Virus record (IMG/VR): IMGVR_UViG_3300032177_000008
Location: 5,399 to 69,398 of that record
Origin: a virus
DNA length: 64,000 bases
Direction: 5' to 3' (one strand)
Part shown: one piece after another, positions 1-10,486 of the stretch
Position numbering within the stretch: the stretch's first letter is position 1
Layout: every line of letters begins with the position of its first letter
The notes under the pieces: generated by a model
The model's database searches: none
What the model was told of the DNA's origin: nothing
The model's input: the letters and a program-made list of their open reading frames with translations, nothing else
Made by a program: the position numbers and the translations under genes

Positions 1-117
1 TCTTTAAATAATAAACCCATACATTATCTCCTAGGAATAAACACGATATCTATTAGAGTAGCAACTCTTTTTTTTAAGAGCAACAAATAAAAGAAGTATC
101 TACTATATACAGTATTT

Positions 118-906
118 TCATGCTTTTACAAAGCTAAAATTCTTAACCGAAATCTGAAGACCTTCCGGCTGGATCTTATAGGAATCGACAGTCAATTTGG
201 ACCCTTGATAAAACACTTCCCCCCGATCATTGATGGTCCAAAGAGGGTGGTTTATCTTCCCTTTTAGTTGAATCATCATTGTAATAGGAAGGTCTGTAAG
301 AAACCATGTGTTATCCGTACGAAAATTCTGGTTGGAATAGGATCCTTCTACGGTTGCTCCTTTTCTTTCATCATCATCAGTAATCTTAACTGACTCAAAA
401 CCACTCATAGAAGTGAAGGTCACATCCCCAGATGCAGCAGAATTAACACAGTTCACACTACTCGGTGCCCAAATACTATCCTGATTGGTTCTAATATAAG
501 GATTAAGAAGGATGTTGGGTGTAGGCCGCTCAGGAGTAAAAACTACCGAGATCAATCCATTCGCTGCGTTAGTTGGATCCTGAATCTCTCCTGTTCGTAT
601 TCCCTCCTCAATGGAAACAAACTTAAAACGCTTACCCTGAGTCAAGTCTCCATCAAGAACAAACCGCTCAAGATCCATGGTCTGTTTAGGCTGGAGTAAA
701 AATCTAGACCCAGAGGCAACATCCATCCCGTCAATCATCACATTGCAATAGGCGCGGTAATCGGTCTTATTCTTGATCCGAAGACGATATTCTTCCCCAA
801 ACTCAAGATAAGCCGTACGAACGTTGTTTTGGTTGGATTCTCGTATGATTTGATTTTGGGAATTGATAACGCTCAGAGTAAAGCCAGGTAGGCAATAAGC
901 AGACAT
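118..906 (-). CDS. hypothetical phage protein (262 aa)
   Basis: Long ORF, AGGAG RBS and GGTATAAAG motif upstream; no function recognised. Confidence 0.8.
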   Translation of the reverse strand: MSAYCLPGFTLSVINSQNQIIRESNQNNVRTAYLEFGEEYRLRIKNKTDYRAYCNVMIDGMDVASGSRFLLQPKQTMDLERFVLDGDLTQGKRFKFVSIEEGIRTGEIQDPTNAANGLISVVFTPERPTPNILLNPYIRTNQDSIWAPSSVNCVNSAASGDVTFTSMSGFESVKITDDDERKGATVEGSYSNQNFRTDNTWFLTDLPITMMIQLKGKINHPLWTINDRGEVFYQGSKLTVDSYKIQPEGLQISVKNFSFVKA

Positions 907-1064
907 AAATAGCTCCTAATTTTATGAGGTGGCGACGGATCCTCGGGTTGAAGTCGCCTGCTTAGTCTTTATACCCTATTTGGATATCTAAAAAAACCTT
1001 TATTCGGTTGGCTAAACCCTTAACTGCTTTGTGATATAATGATCGCTTACACAGGAGATTACCT

Positions 1065-1355
1065 ATGATTGACCCAAGAGATTATGATTCTGTTGCCCAA
1101 AATGCGCATATGCTGTTTGGAGCTCTAATGGTCTTCCTGCCAACCTATATCTTTGGGCCCGATGCTCTCTGGTACGGAATGGCTCTCTTCTTTGCCTTCG
1201 CCATGGTCAAAGAGTTCTGGTATGACGAAAAGTATGAAACAGAAGAAGTCCGCGGCTCGAGTATCAAAGATTTTATCTTTTATATGATAGGCGCAATTCT
1301 TGGTCTTTTAGTCTATTTTGGAGTTCCACTAGTAAAAAAATGGATGGAGAATTAA
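1065..1355 (+). CDS. small membrane protein
   Basis: AGGAG RBS, about 3 hydrophobic segments. Confidence 0.75.
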   Translation: MIDPRDYDSVAQNAHMLFGALMVFLPTYIFGPDALWYGMALFFAFAMVKEFWYDEKYETEEVRGSSIKDFIFYMIGAILGLLVYFGVPLVKKWMEN

Positions 1356-1396
1356 TAAGTCTGGCCACTCTCTTTAGATAGTGACCAGACTTATTA
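1353..1396. terminator. bidirectional hairpin terminator between convergent genes
   Basis: taataagtctgg...ccagacttatta inverted repeat. Confidence 0.65.
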
Positions 1397-1399
1397 GAC

Positions 1400-2147
1400 T
1401 TAATGACCGCGGACTTTTAAAAGTTTCTCTTCAGTAAAGAGCTGATTGAGAACATTCACATGGTAAGTATTCACCTGCCCAAAGATTTCACTATAAGCAA
1501 TCCCAATATTATAGTCAGATTCCCTAGACACCTGAACTGCCTTTTTACCCAATGTTTTACATTGGTGAACATTCAAGTTTAGCCCTTTAAGGGAAGCAAA
1601 ACCCGCTACTGAATAATAGTCTGTATTCACCGTTGTGACGTGTGCTTTGAGGTCAGCAACATTAGCTTCAATACTCCGCAGTCTCTTTTCATTCTTCACC
1701 ATCTGACGAGTGATCTCATGAAGAGTTTCTGCGGGAGACAACTCCCTCAGTTCCTGCACCTTGTCAAACACTTCAACCAGGCTAACTGCTTGAGCACAAG
1801 CTTGAGGGGATGTCATGCTTGTTCCGAAATAAGCACATCCTTTTCGAGTGTAGACCCAAGGTAAGTGTCTAGAACTATTAGATATCCGTTTTTCTGATCG
1901 CAGTTGCTCTGTGTCATTTTCAGTCAACTGAAAACGATATTCCTCCTCAATAGTGTTTTGACGCAGATACTCCCCATTTAGGACTATCTTTAGCATTTTG
2001 GTTTACATCTCTGGACTCTACCCCAAGGGCCTCCGCTACATCTCTATCCAACATTACTTTTTGACCACGAATCTCAATTACCCTCTCTGGCTGATTAGCT
2101 ACGGTTGTTTTTAAAACTGAGCTCAACAAAGACATTTGTGTTTGCAT
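1400..2147 (-). pseudogene. ORF6N-domain DNA-binding/antirepressor-like gene, frameshifted
   Basis: IEIRGQKVMLDRDVAEALGV (1947-2147) continues in another frame as YRFQLT...LPWVYTRKG (1400-1996); break at a C4 run 1972-1975. Confidence 0.75.
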
Positions 2148-2301
2148 TGTATGTTTAACTTTCTATATCTCTCATACCCGGAAACAGACAGTTTGAGTCT
2201 GGGTGACTGCCCTGCTCCAGTTCCCTTGACGCGAAGCTCAAGACAGATAATACTCAGAGTATGTGCTTGTTCTTGACATCTCTTAATTTTATAGGTCATG
2301 A

Positions 2302-3234
2302 ATGATCCCGCAAAAGCGGTACATCACATGGCTCATGCTCGAAGGAGAAGAAGTGGAGGCGATTGCCAAACACCTCGATTCTCTTTCCCTGCCCTTGTTA
2401 TCAAACAGTGCTTATACTGAGATCGCAGAAGCCGCGGCGTTGCTCCCATTATCCCCCGGGCTTAGGCGAAGGCTCATTCAAAAAAGGCCCTGGGATGAAG
2501 CATCCCGTGCCATGCTTGACCGGCTAGAATTCGCAGATATTTACGACTACCGGTTTAAGCGCCCAGATATCAGCCACTACCTCGAAGCCCAGTGGAAAGA
2601 GTGTAAAGCCCTCCTCGATCAACCCACAATCAGAGTCACCGTGGAAACGACTCTCATTGCAAAAGTCCCCACCGAAGAGCTCGCCCCAATCCTCATGCAA
2701 CAATCCGGGTTTCATGTCACTCAAGAAGGCCTAGATCTTTACTGCCGCTACTTCTTTGACTGCTCTGCAATGCGACGAGATGACTGGCGAGAATATATAA
2801 AGAACTGTTCAAATGATCCTTATGTTTATGTGCGATACCAAACAGCACTTCTAAAACCCAAAGACGAAGTTCTCTATCAAGTCGGTTTACCCACCAAGAC
2901 CCAGTTCAGCCAGTTCCTAAGTATGCTCGTGACCACCGCAAGCTATAAGTTCCAGCACTACACTGCACACAACAAACCAGAGAGCGACGCACAAGCAAGA
3001 CAATGGGCCAAACTCGGTATGGATGCCGGCGTACGCGCCGAGAAATTCGCATCAGGAGATGTCACCGACTTTGCCAAAGCCGTCCAAGCAGAGTTCGATC
3101 TCGTCGAGTCAGATATCCCCACCATCCGGCCAGAGATGCTTGCGAACGTGAGACCTGCCCTCGTAGAAGAGGCAGAAGTCTCTCCTGCTCCAGCGCTACC
3201 TCCTAATGAGCAACCAGAGTTTGAAAACTACTAG
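2302..3234 (+). CDS. hypothetical phage protein (310 aa)
   Basis: Long ORF; function not recognised. Confidence 0.8.
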   Translation: MIPQKRYITWLMLEGEEVEAIAKHLDSLSLPLLSNSAYTEIAEAAALLPLSPGLRRRLIQKRPWDEASRAMLDRLEFADIYDYRFKRPDISHYLEAQWKECKALLDQPTIRVTVETTLIAKVPTEELAPILMQQSGFHVTQEGLDLYCRYFFDCSAMRRDDWREYIKNCSNDPYVYVRYQTALLKPKDEVLYQVGLPTKTQFSQFLSMLVTTASYKFQHYTAHNKPESDAQARQWAKLGMDAGVRAEKFASGDVTDFAKAVQAEFDLVESDIPTIRPEMLANVRPALVEEAEVSPAPALPPNEQPEFENY

Positions 3235-3245
3235 TTAAAAAACTT

Positions 3246-3275
3246 TAGAGTGCGCCAACAATTGGGCGCACTCTA
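3246..3275. terminator. bidirectional hairpin terminator
   Basis: tagagtgcgcc/ggcgcactcta inverted repeat between convergent ORFs. Confidence 0.7.
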
Positions 3276-3285
3276 GTCATATCTT

Positions 3286-4113
3286 TCATATCGACAATTT
3301 AATCTGATCAACAGTCGCTGGAGTTTCCGAACTAGCGAGTTTAGTACCTCTAACTCGTTCAAAAACTTCGCGTGCTTCACTCATCATTTTTGCATTTTCT
3401 TTTGCACACTGCTCTGCTTCTTCAGGTGTACTCGCACCACTTTTCTGCAGCTTTTCTTTCAAAAAATGTTCCGAAAGATCCGTGAAACTAAGTTCTGTAC
3501 CCACCATATTATCACGAAGGTTACTACTCTGTTTTACCCCCTTTAGCTCTTTATGACTTTTCACAGTCAGTCCAAAGGTCCCTTGATGATTAATACTCGT
3601 TATTTTTCCATACCCATCCTTAGTTAGATTCGCTTCTTTAAAGGCATCTGTAAGGGCCAGTCTCGTATGAATCCCCTTGATTCGTTCCTCAATCCAAGGC
3701 TTTTCCCTTCCCTTACGTTCATAATTTTCAACTGCTCTTTGCCGGCCCCGCTTGAGAGCTAAATAGGGATTCGCTTCTTCCTCAGCTCGTTCCCTACCTA
3801 CTTTTGCCAGCCACTGCTTAAATGGTTCCACTTTAGGAGATGGAATAGATTGAAGAAGACGGAGAGCTCCCTCAAAGTTGACACAATCCATCATATAGCC
3901 TTTACCATCTGACGCGGTTACTTTCAGTTGTCGACAATTTGTCGAGAACTCAATGTTTTCACGACGTTGTAGTCTATACCAATAGTCTTGTGAGTCTGTT
4001 GATTCAGTTAAAGCCTCGATAATGTCTACAATCACCCACCACCTCTGCCCATCCTTCATCATATTACGGACTTCTTTATCTTCGAACTTAGCAATTAATT
4101 GATTTGGTCTCAT
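3286..4113 (-). CDS. BRO-N domain protein (antirepressor-like)
   Basis: FEDKEVR...WWVIVDIIEALT...CRQLKVTASDGK...RLLQSIPSPKVEPFKQWLAKVG is the Bro-N pattern. Confidence 0.85.
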   Translation of the reverse strand: MRPNQLIAKFEDKEVRNMMKDGQRWWVIVDIIEALTESTDSQDYWYRLQRRENIEFSTNCRQLKVTASDGKGYMMDCVNFEGALRLLQSIPSPKVEPFKQWLAKVGRERAEEEANPYLALKRGRQRAVENYERKGREKPWIEERIKGIHTRLALTDAFKEANLTKDGYGKITSINHQGTFGLTVKSHKELKGVKQSSNLRDNMVGTELSFTDLSEHFLKEKLQKSGASTPEEAEQCAKENAKMMSEAREVFERVRGTKLASSETPATVDQIKLSI

Positions 4114-4229
4114 ACCTAAGATTTCTCCTTACTTAGCTTATGCCCGAATAAGAACACATTTTGCCAGATGGGTTCGGGAGTACTCTCCGAATCCATCAGC
4201 TAAAAGCAAAACAGTTCACTATTTCCTAA

Positions 4230-4640
4230 TCTCATGACACGCCTCCTCGTATTTTCTAAGAAGTGCGTCATTTAGCAGGTGCGTTAAGGGTAGTTGATGC
4301 AATACATCTCCTTTAACATACTGCCCTATACAAAAATAACGCGATCTTTTATAAAAGTAATTCAAATGACGCAAAGTTGAAGAAATACGTCACACCGTAT
4401 CATCTGATAGTGTAGCTACGTCACTATGCGTCACTCATTTTTAATACGGTTGAAATCATTATGTTTTTATTATAACGCACTATGACGTATCTCAGCTATT
4501 TCCTATATATATGTGTTTATTCTCATATATATATTTATATTATTGTATGGGAATAATCACCTATTCTGAGGAAAAAATTTCCATTAACCACTGGTTGCAA
4601 TGGGGTCCTGATAGTCTGATACGTCACAGCGTGTTATTAT
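4230..4640. other. origin-like non-coding region with clustered TGACG/TAACG motifs and AT-rich core
   Basis: No ORF; about 10 TGACG/CGTCA/TAACG-type words in both orientations; (AT)n tract ~4504-4545. Confidence 0.5.
4535..4638. repeat. 104-bp inverted repeat, copy 1 (partner 63897-64000)
   Basis: Exact reverse complement of the last 104 nt of the window. Confidence 0.95.
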
Positions 4641-4731
4641 GTTTTAGACTACTTCTGAAACCAAAGCTTGACTAAAATAAACAGGTTATTTTTGCCTAGC
4701 CCTCAATCATCCCTCATGCAATGGTCTTCAT

Positions 4732-5172
4732 ATGGATCTTATTTCTCTTCCCAAACTGTGCACTCTCACCTTTACCAAATCTCCTGATGACAAGGATGAC
4801 GCGCCCCCTATCCCTACCCTAACCACTCGGTTTGAAAATTTAGCGGATCCAGGGGATGAACCCCCTCTAGAATTATTTGAAGTCATCACAGGAGCAAAGA
4901 TTGAGATTACTCCTACAACAGACAGGATAGGTTACCGCACCATCGTCTTCACAGTTGTCCATGACTGCCCCGAAGACGAATGCCCTCACCTCTGGAGTCG
5001 TGTTCTCTTCGATTACCCTGAGGAAGCGATTAGGGCCCTTGAGCTCAGTCTGAACACGATGAAGTCTTTCCTCTGGGTCTGCAGTACTTCTGAGTATTTC
5101 GGGAAAGCGGTGGTGAGTCAGAAGAGTCACTTGATTGTAACTAAAACAGTTGAGTATCGGTTGATCCACTGA
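4732..5172 (+). CDS. hypothetical protein
   Basis: 146-aa ORF. Confidence 0.6.
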   Translation: MDLISLPKLCTLTFTKSPDDKDDAPPIPTLTTRFENLADPGDEPPLELFEVITGAKIEITPTTDRIGYRTIVFTVVHDCPEDECPHLWSRVLFDYPEEAIRALELSLNTMKSFLWVCSTSEYFGKAVVSQKSHLIVTKTVEYRLIH

Positions 5173-5216
5173 CATGTCGCCGCAGAGTCAAATCTTCCGG
5201 CTCCAGCCAGACCCTC

Positions 5217-5331
5217 CCGGGTAGTGACGTGCAGGAATTATAACGCTGTATAGCCAAAAACCCTGCCCGGCAATGACGTGCAGGAAATATATTGCTGTGC
5301 AGCACAGTACTCCGGCAATGACGTGCAGGAA
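5217..5331 (+). repeat. three ~20-bp direct repeats ccgg(c/gt)aRtgacgtgcaggaa
   Basis: Copies at 5217, 5267, 5312; related copy at 63825. Confidence 0.85.
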
Positions 5332-5344
5332 TTCACTTTTTACG

Positions 5345-5352
5345 GGTATAAG
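5345..5352 (+). promoter_or_regulatory. GGTATAAG phage promoter-like motif (also 9950, 20001, 22476, 25346, 37438, 51082, 54086, 58284)
   Basis: Identical 8-mer, mostly intergenic and usually ~6-12 nt upstream of a GGAG-type RBS. Confidence 0.7.
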
Positions 5353-5375
5353 ATTTTTGAGGAGATTTAATACAA

Positions 5376-5675
5376 ATGGACATCGCAGCTTTCGGGAAGT
5401 TTTTAAAAGATACACGGGAACATGCACAAATCAGTGTTGAGCAGATGGCAGATCGCTGCCGAAAATCCCCCTCCATGATTTTAGAGTGGGAGCGAGGGAA
5501 CCAGCATCTGGTTTGGATTAATTTTCAGGAGATATCTCTTAGTTATGGGATAGGTCCTAAGAAATTACTCACAACTTATCTGGAAGAAGAGATGAGGAGT
5601 ATTTTGAAGAGAGCAATTATTCCCAGTAAGGACTGGACCCTCCACATACAGGTGAAAGATGAAATATCTATCTGA
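5376..5675 (+). CDS. XRE-family HTH transcriptional regulator
   Basis: FGKFLKDTRE..ISVEQMA...SPSMILEWERG. Confidence 0.8.
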   Translation: MDIAAFGKFLKDTREHAQISVEQMADRCRKSPSMILEWERGNQHLVWINFQEISLSYGIGPKKLLTTYLEEEMRSILKRAIIPSKDWTLHIQVKDEISI

Positions 5676-8600
5676 CTCCATAATATTATTTTATGCTCCA
5701 GGATTTATTTTTCTTTCTTTAATGGCCTTAGGTGGTTGGTGGCAAAAGCGGAGAGAAAATAATTGGTGGAATCACGGGTATTGTTACAAATGCTCTGCTC
5801 CTTGGTACTATTTCGACTCCAGTAGCCAAGGCGATAGGGGATATGTCTGTCGCGCCTGCGGCGTATACTGCTGGATTAGCTACAGGGTGGACAAATGAAA
5901 CTCGTATTCTGTAAAAAATGTCATGACCTATTTAAACTGATGGGTGAAAAGCGCAAGTGTCGTTGTGAGCTCTCGGGGGGCCAGTATCTTAGTGAGGTGC
6001 AAGCAGTGATTTGGGGTAGGAACGCTGTTCCTTTAGGGATTGCTAATCAGAGCTTTGCTGCTGCGCTTAGCCATCTTCCAGGGCTGAGTAAACGTGGTCA
6101 CAACTTTGAAGTCTTTCTTGCTAGGAGTGAATCTTGTTTTGATGCATTTATCATTCAAAAGAAATGTAAAACATTAAAGCATGTAGCAACAGAAAAGTTC
6201 GCAGATGCGTACAGAAAGAAGTGGGATAAAAATGAACTCTAAAATAGCGTGGTTAAAAGTCATAGCGGATATATTTCATTTTATCTTACATTTTGGAGGT
6301 TTTATCACTTTTAACTTAGGTTGGGATATTCATAAAGAGGAGCCAGATTCTGTAATAGGAGATTGGTTTATGGCCAGTAGTGTTTTATGGATTACTGTTA
6401 TTTGTGCAAAAGCTGCAGGATATTTATAGGAGATCCTATATGATTATTGACTCAATTAAACTGAAAGCACTCAAGCGCCGCAAGGCCCATTTAGAAGAAA
6501 GAGTAGTTAATTGGAATGGGGCAGACAAAGGCTACACTCGTGCAGAGTTATCTGCAATAAGTACTGTGGTTGCACTTTTTGAAGATGAGCCGGATGAGAA
6601 GATGATTGGTGGGATGGGTCCATGGGTGAAGCAAGTTTGGATTAGCGGGTTTCACGCAGGTCGAGATCCGACGATTTGTTCTTATTGTAAAAGTTTAAAT
6701 AAGGATTGCAGACCTTGCAAGGGAACGGGAAGAGTAAACATAAAAACGGAGGAACTATGAAAATAGAAACGCTTCAGACAGTTTTGTCCTTTTTACAGGG
6801 ACAGGGAATTACAGAAATAGAAAGTTTGAATATTGTAAAGGTTGATCAATGGGATTTTGTTATAGGACCAAATTATTCGATGGAGATACCAGCGACTGGA
6901 AATAAATTGGGGAAGGCTAATCTTAGAAGAACCATTGATATAAGATTACCAGAGGCAGAGTTAGACAGTAGAGACAAAGGAGATATCTATCTGCGATAGA
7001 GAGTTGGGTAATGAATAGATAAGAAATAAAATAAAACCTTCAATATCAGAGGTAAATCATAGTGATTAATCAAGGATACAAAGACAATTTTGAAACTCTA
7101 AAAATAGCAGCTGCGGATAAAAATCTTGCACTGCTCGAGTGCACTGAAAAAGCTACTGGGCTGCCTACGATTGTGTTGTGTGCGGTAGGACGCAGTGCTG
7201 ATGATGGTTATACATTCGTGCCTCTTGCAAGAATGTTTGATGAGAACCCTTATGATATTTTGGAGGCGCCAAAATGAAGCAAATAACGAAATACATTCTT
7301 GATTATGAAGGACTTATGATGGAGTTAAACCGCGGCAAAGATATGATTCTGAGGCAGCTTGTTTCAGATGGTGTTATTTCAAAAGAAGACAGTATTAAAT
7401 TCTCGAAAGAGTATAGCATCATTGTACTTAAACCTTCTATTATAAGTAGTTTGTGGGCAAAGATATTAAAGAAGCCTGATGAGTACAGATATGTAATGTG
7501 TAAAAATCTTTCTGCTGATGATTGGGGAAGTGAAGATGGGAATTGAAAAGGCTGCTACTGAAAATTATGTAAAGGTTTCAATGCAAAATAATAAGTGGCT
7601 ACCGCCCATTACAGAAGATACAGGCCCTATTGCTGGTCAACAAGATGATACTAGAATGGTTAAATTTAAGGAGATGCCATGTTCAGTCATCATAACTTAT
7701 ATAGATATGGGTTGGATTATAATGACAGTCCCTGACGAAACACTAAGAAGTTATAGTTTGACTAATGAGACGATCGCAGAAATACGTGCTTCAGAAGGCA
7801 TCGTGCAAGGGTGGATTAAAAGGACTTTATTATGAAATACGTTTATATAGTCACACGAATGGTTACGGGTAATAGTCCTGGTACAGTAGACATCCCTAAT
7901 CTTGGAGTACACTCGAACCAAAAAGCAGCAGAAAAACATTACAACTCAATTATATTAGATCGTGATTCTTTAGGATGCTATATCAAACAACTTGGTAGTG
8001 CCAATTGTCCTGGGGAGAGAAGAAATATTTTGAGAGAGGCCCGTATTGATTATTCTACAGCGAAGTATGATCGAAATAAAATTGAAAATTTGCAGCTAGA
8101 GAGATGGAGTTTGAAATGAAGTGCTGGTGGGTTTTCTTTCATAAGTGGTCCCAGTGGAGCCGTATAGTAACCGTCCCTTGTAGTAATCATTTTGGATATA
8201 CGGGAATTATGGATGTACAAACGAGAGATTGCACCAAGTGTCACAGGACTACTTGGAGAAAGGTTTAATAGATGAGTGAACAGAAATATCCTCAAACTTG
8301 GAAACACAAAGAGAATGGAAAAACACATCGAGTATGCCCTTGGTGGGAAATGATGCCCGGCACAGAGATCAATGACAAGGATATAGGAGACCCAATTCCA
8401 GGCACACCTTGGAAATTTGGTATGTTGATCCAGGTGGGTTGGCTTTTAGAGAATGAGCATGGGGTCTGGTTTGGTGTTGGGCCTGATGCGAAGGAGTTCT
8501 TTGAGGTAGTTGAGAAAGAGAAGAAATGAAAGATTTTTATAAATTAATTTATTCTCAAGATTTTGGGGCCGATACAGATACCCCGCATGGTTGGGTTCAA

Positions 8601-10486
8601 TGGAAGGGCACCCATGCCTGTATAGATCTTCATTGTAAGTGTGGATATCTAGGGCATGTGGACGCGGAGTTTTTCTACTATTACAAATGTCCGAAGTGCT
8701 CCACTAAATATGCTGTCGGTCAGAATGTGAAACTAATTGAGCTATCGTCAGAGCAAAGTATGGGAGTGGAGTCGAGTGGGGTTGGATTTACTAGTTGTGA
8801 ATTAGAGGAAGATGAATGAAAGAAGATATTGAAAATGGCTGGCATGATGTTCATAAAGGATTTTACCAGTGGAAGTGCCCTTATTGCAAAGAACACTCGC
8901 CTACAGAAGACTGGGTGAGTCGTGATGTAGGGTGTGAGGATTGCGGGTCGCATGATGGACGTATATGTCCAAAATGTCATGTGGAGTTCGACCATGTGTG
9001 GGGAGCAATAGCTATCGCGAAGGAGCAAGAGCAATGAAGTGTTCTGTTTGTAGTTGTGAAATAGAGTCTGGACAAACTTATTGTTTTCTCGATGGAGCTC
9101 CTACGTGCACGATCTGTTTTCTGAGGTCAAGATTTAGTAAAGGACACAAGTGATGCTACATAGTTTTGTATTGATTCTGATTGGTGCTGGAATGTTAGTT
9201 TCATTGGTTATGTCTACGGTTGGGTACATGAACCTTCTTTTTAAACTACTTCATGGGAAGAAAATAATATTTGCTACAATATTGTCTTATGTTTTTCTTG
9301 TTTTCCTCATAACTTTAATTCTCTTTGGGGATAAATATTTAAAATGAAACCCCCTAAAACATTAGATGAGTTTTTCGAAAGCCGGAGAGAACTTCAGTTC
9401 TTACTGAGCAACTTGCGGGCAAATATGCAGGTTTACTGTGCGTCCATGGACCAAGAGGATCAAGATGATTTGATGCGGGTTAATTTGATTATGATTAGGC
9501 AATGTCTTAATTCGTTTGGAGTAGAATAATATGAGCTGGCAAGACGTAGCTGCTTTAACAGTGATGTGTGGGTTTGTTTTAGGATGTGTTTGGATGATGA
9601 ACGAATGATTGAGGACGCTATTATGGAATGGGGACTTCCAATCGATGTTTATACATTTGAGGAGCTTTGTACACGGAGACCACCCGAAGGTAAAACTTGT
9701 TACGGGAGAGCTGCTGATAGATATGGAATATTATACATTTGGAACGGCAACCTATGGATAGAAATCATAAGTGATTCTATCGAGAAGAAAGTTTCTGACT
9801 TAATTCGTAGGGTAGAACTTTTAGAGGAAAGACTATGAATTGCTACCTCTGCGAAAAACCAATCCCAGAAAAACAAATTGTTATCCTAATTGTCAATGGA
9901 GAACCTTATGATGTTCATCTCAGGTGTAGGACTAAAGTAGAAAAGTTCGGGTATAAGTAAATTAGGGAGATTTATTATGAAAAAAAGACCATGTGCGTGG
10001 CAGGGAACTGTCATCAATGCCGTTGTAAAAGAGATTCTACCAAAAGTAATTATTTGGGTAAATGATCCTAGCGTACATCCAAATGAGATTGGCTTGGAGT
10101 TAAGGGAAGCTATTGAAGACGGCTGCGATAATGACGGTTATGATATTTCAAGGAATCTAGAAAAGAACTCTGGGTGGGGTTCTGATTCTGAGTTAGTTGA
10201 GATTCTAGATGATGTGGCCTGGATACAAAACCAGCAGCATAAAGCGCTTGTCGCGAAGTGGGTTGAAGACGAAAATATCAAGCCACTTTATAAGGTGAAA
10301 GATAAAGTCCTTCATCGTGGGCGGTTAATAGAAAAGGATTATCAGGCTGTAATTTCTGCAGTGGATACTACCCATGCAAAGTACACTCTTTTCATCGAAG
10401 AGTTGGGGCATGTCATGAAGGGCATGGGGGTGCAGGGAGTTATTGTTAATTTTGAGGATGTGAAACCTCTGGAAGGGAAGTCATGA
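5659..10486 (+). other. cluster of about 18 small, tightly overlapping hypothetical early genes (several CxxC zinc-finger-like or membrane proteins)
   Basis: ATGA-type overlaps (e.g. 5895, 7274, 7832, 8526, 8816, 9150, 9344), all on + strand. Confidence 0.75.

Noticed and set aside
2004-2045. Two exact matches to spacer tacatctct in the ORF6N gene
   Set aside because: 9-mers are expected by chance in 64 kb, and the partner spacer B does not match in the A+rc(B) geometry
2302-3234. Possible small terminase
   Set aside because: No recognisable motif and far from terL in this window
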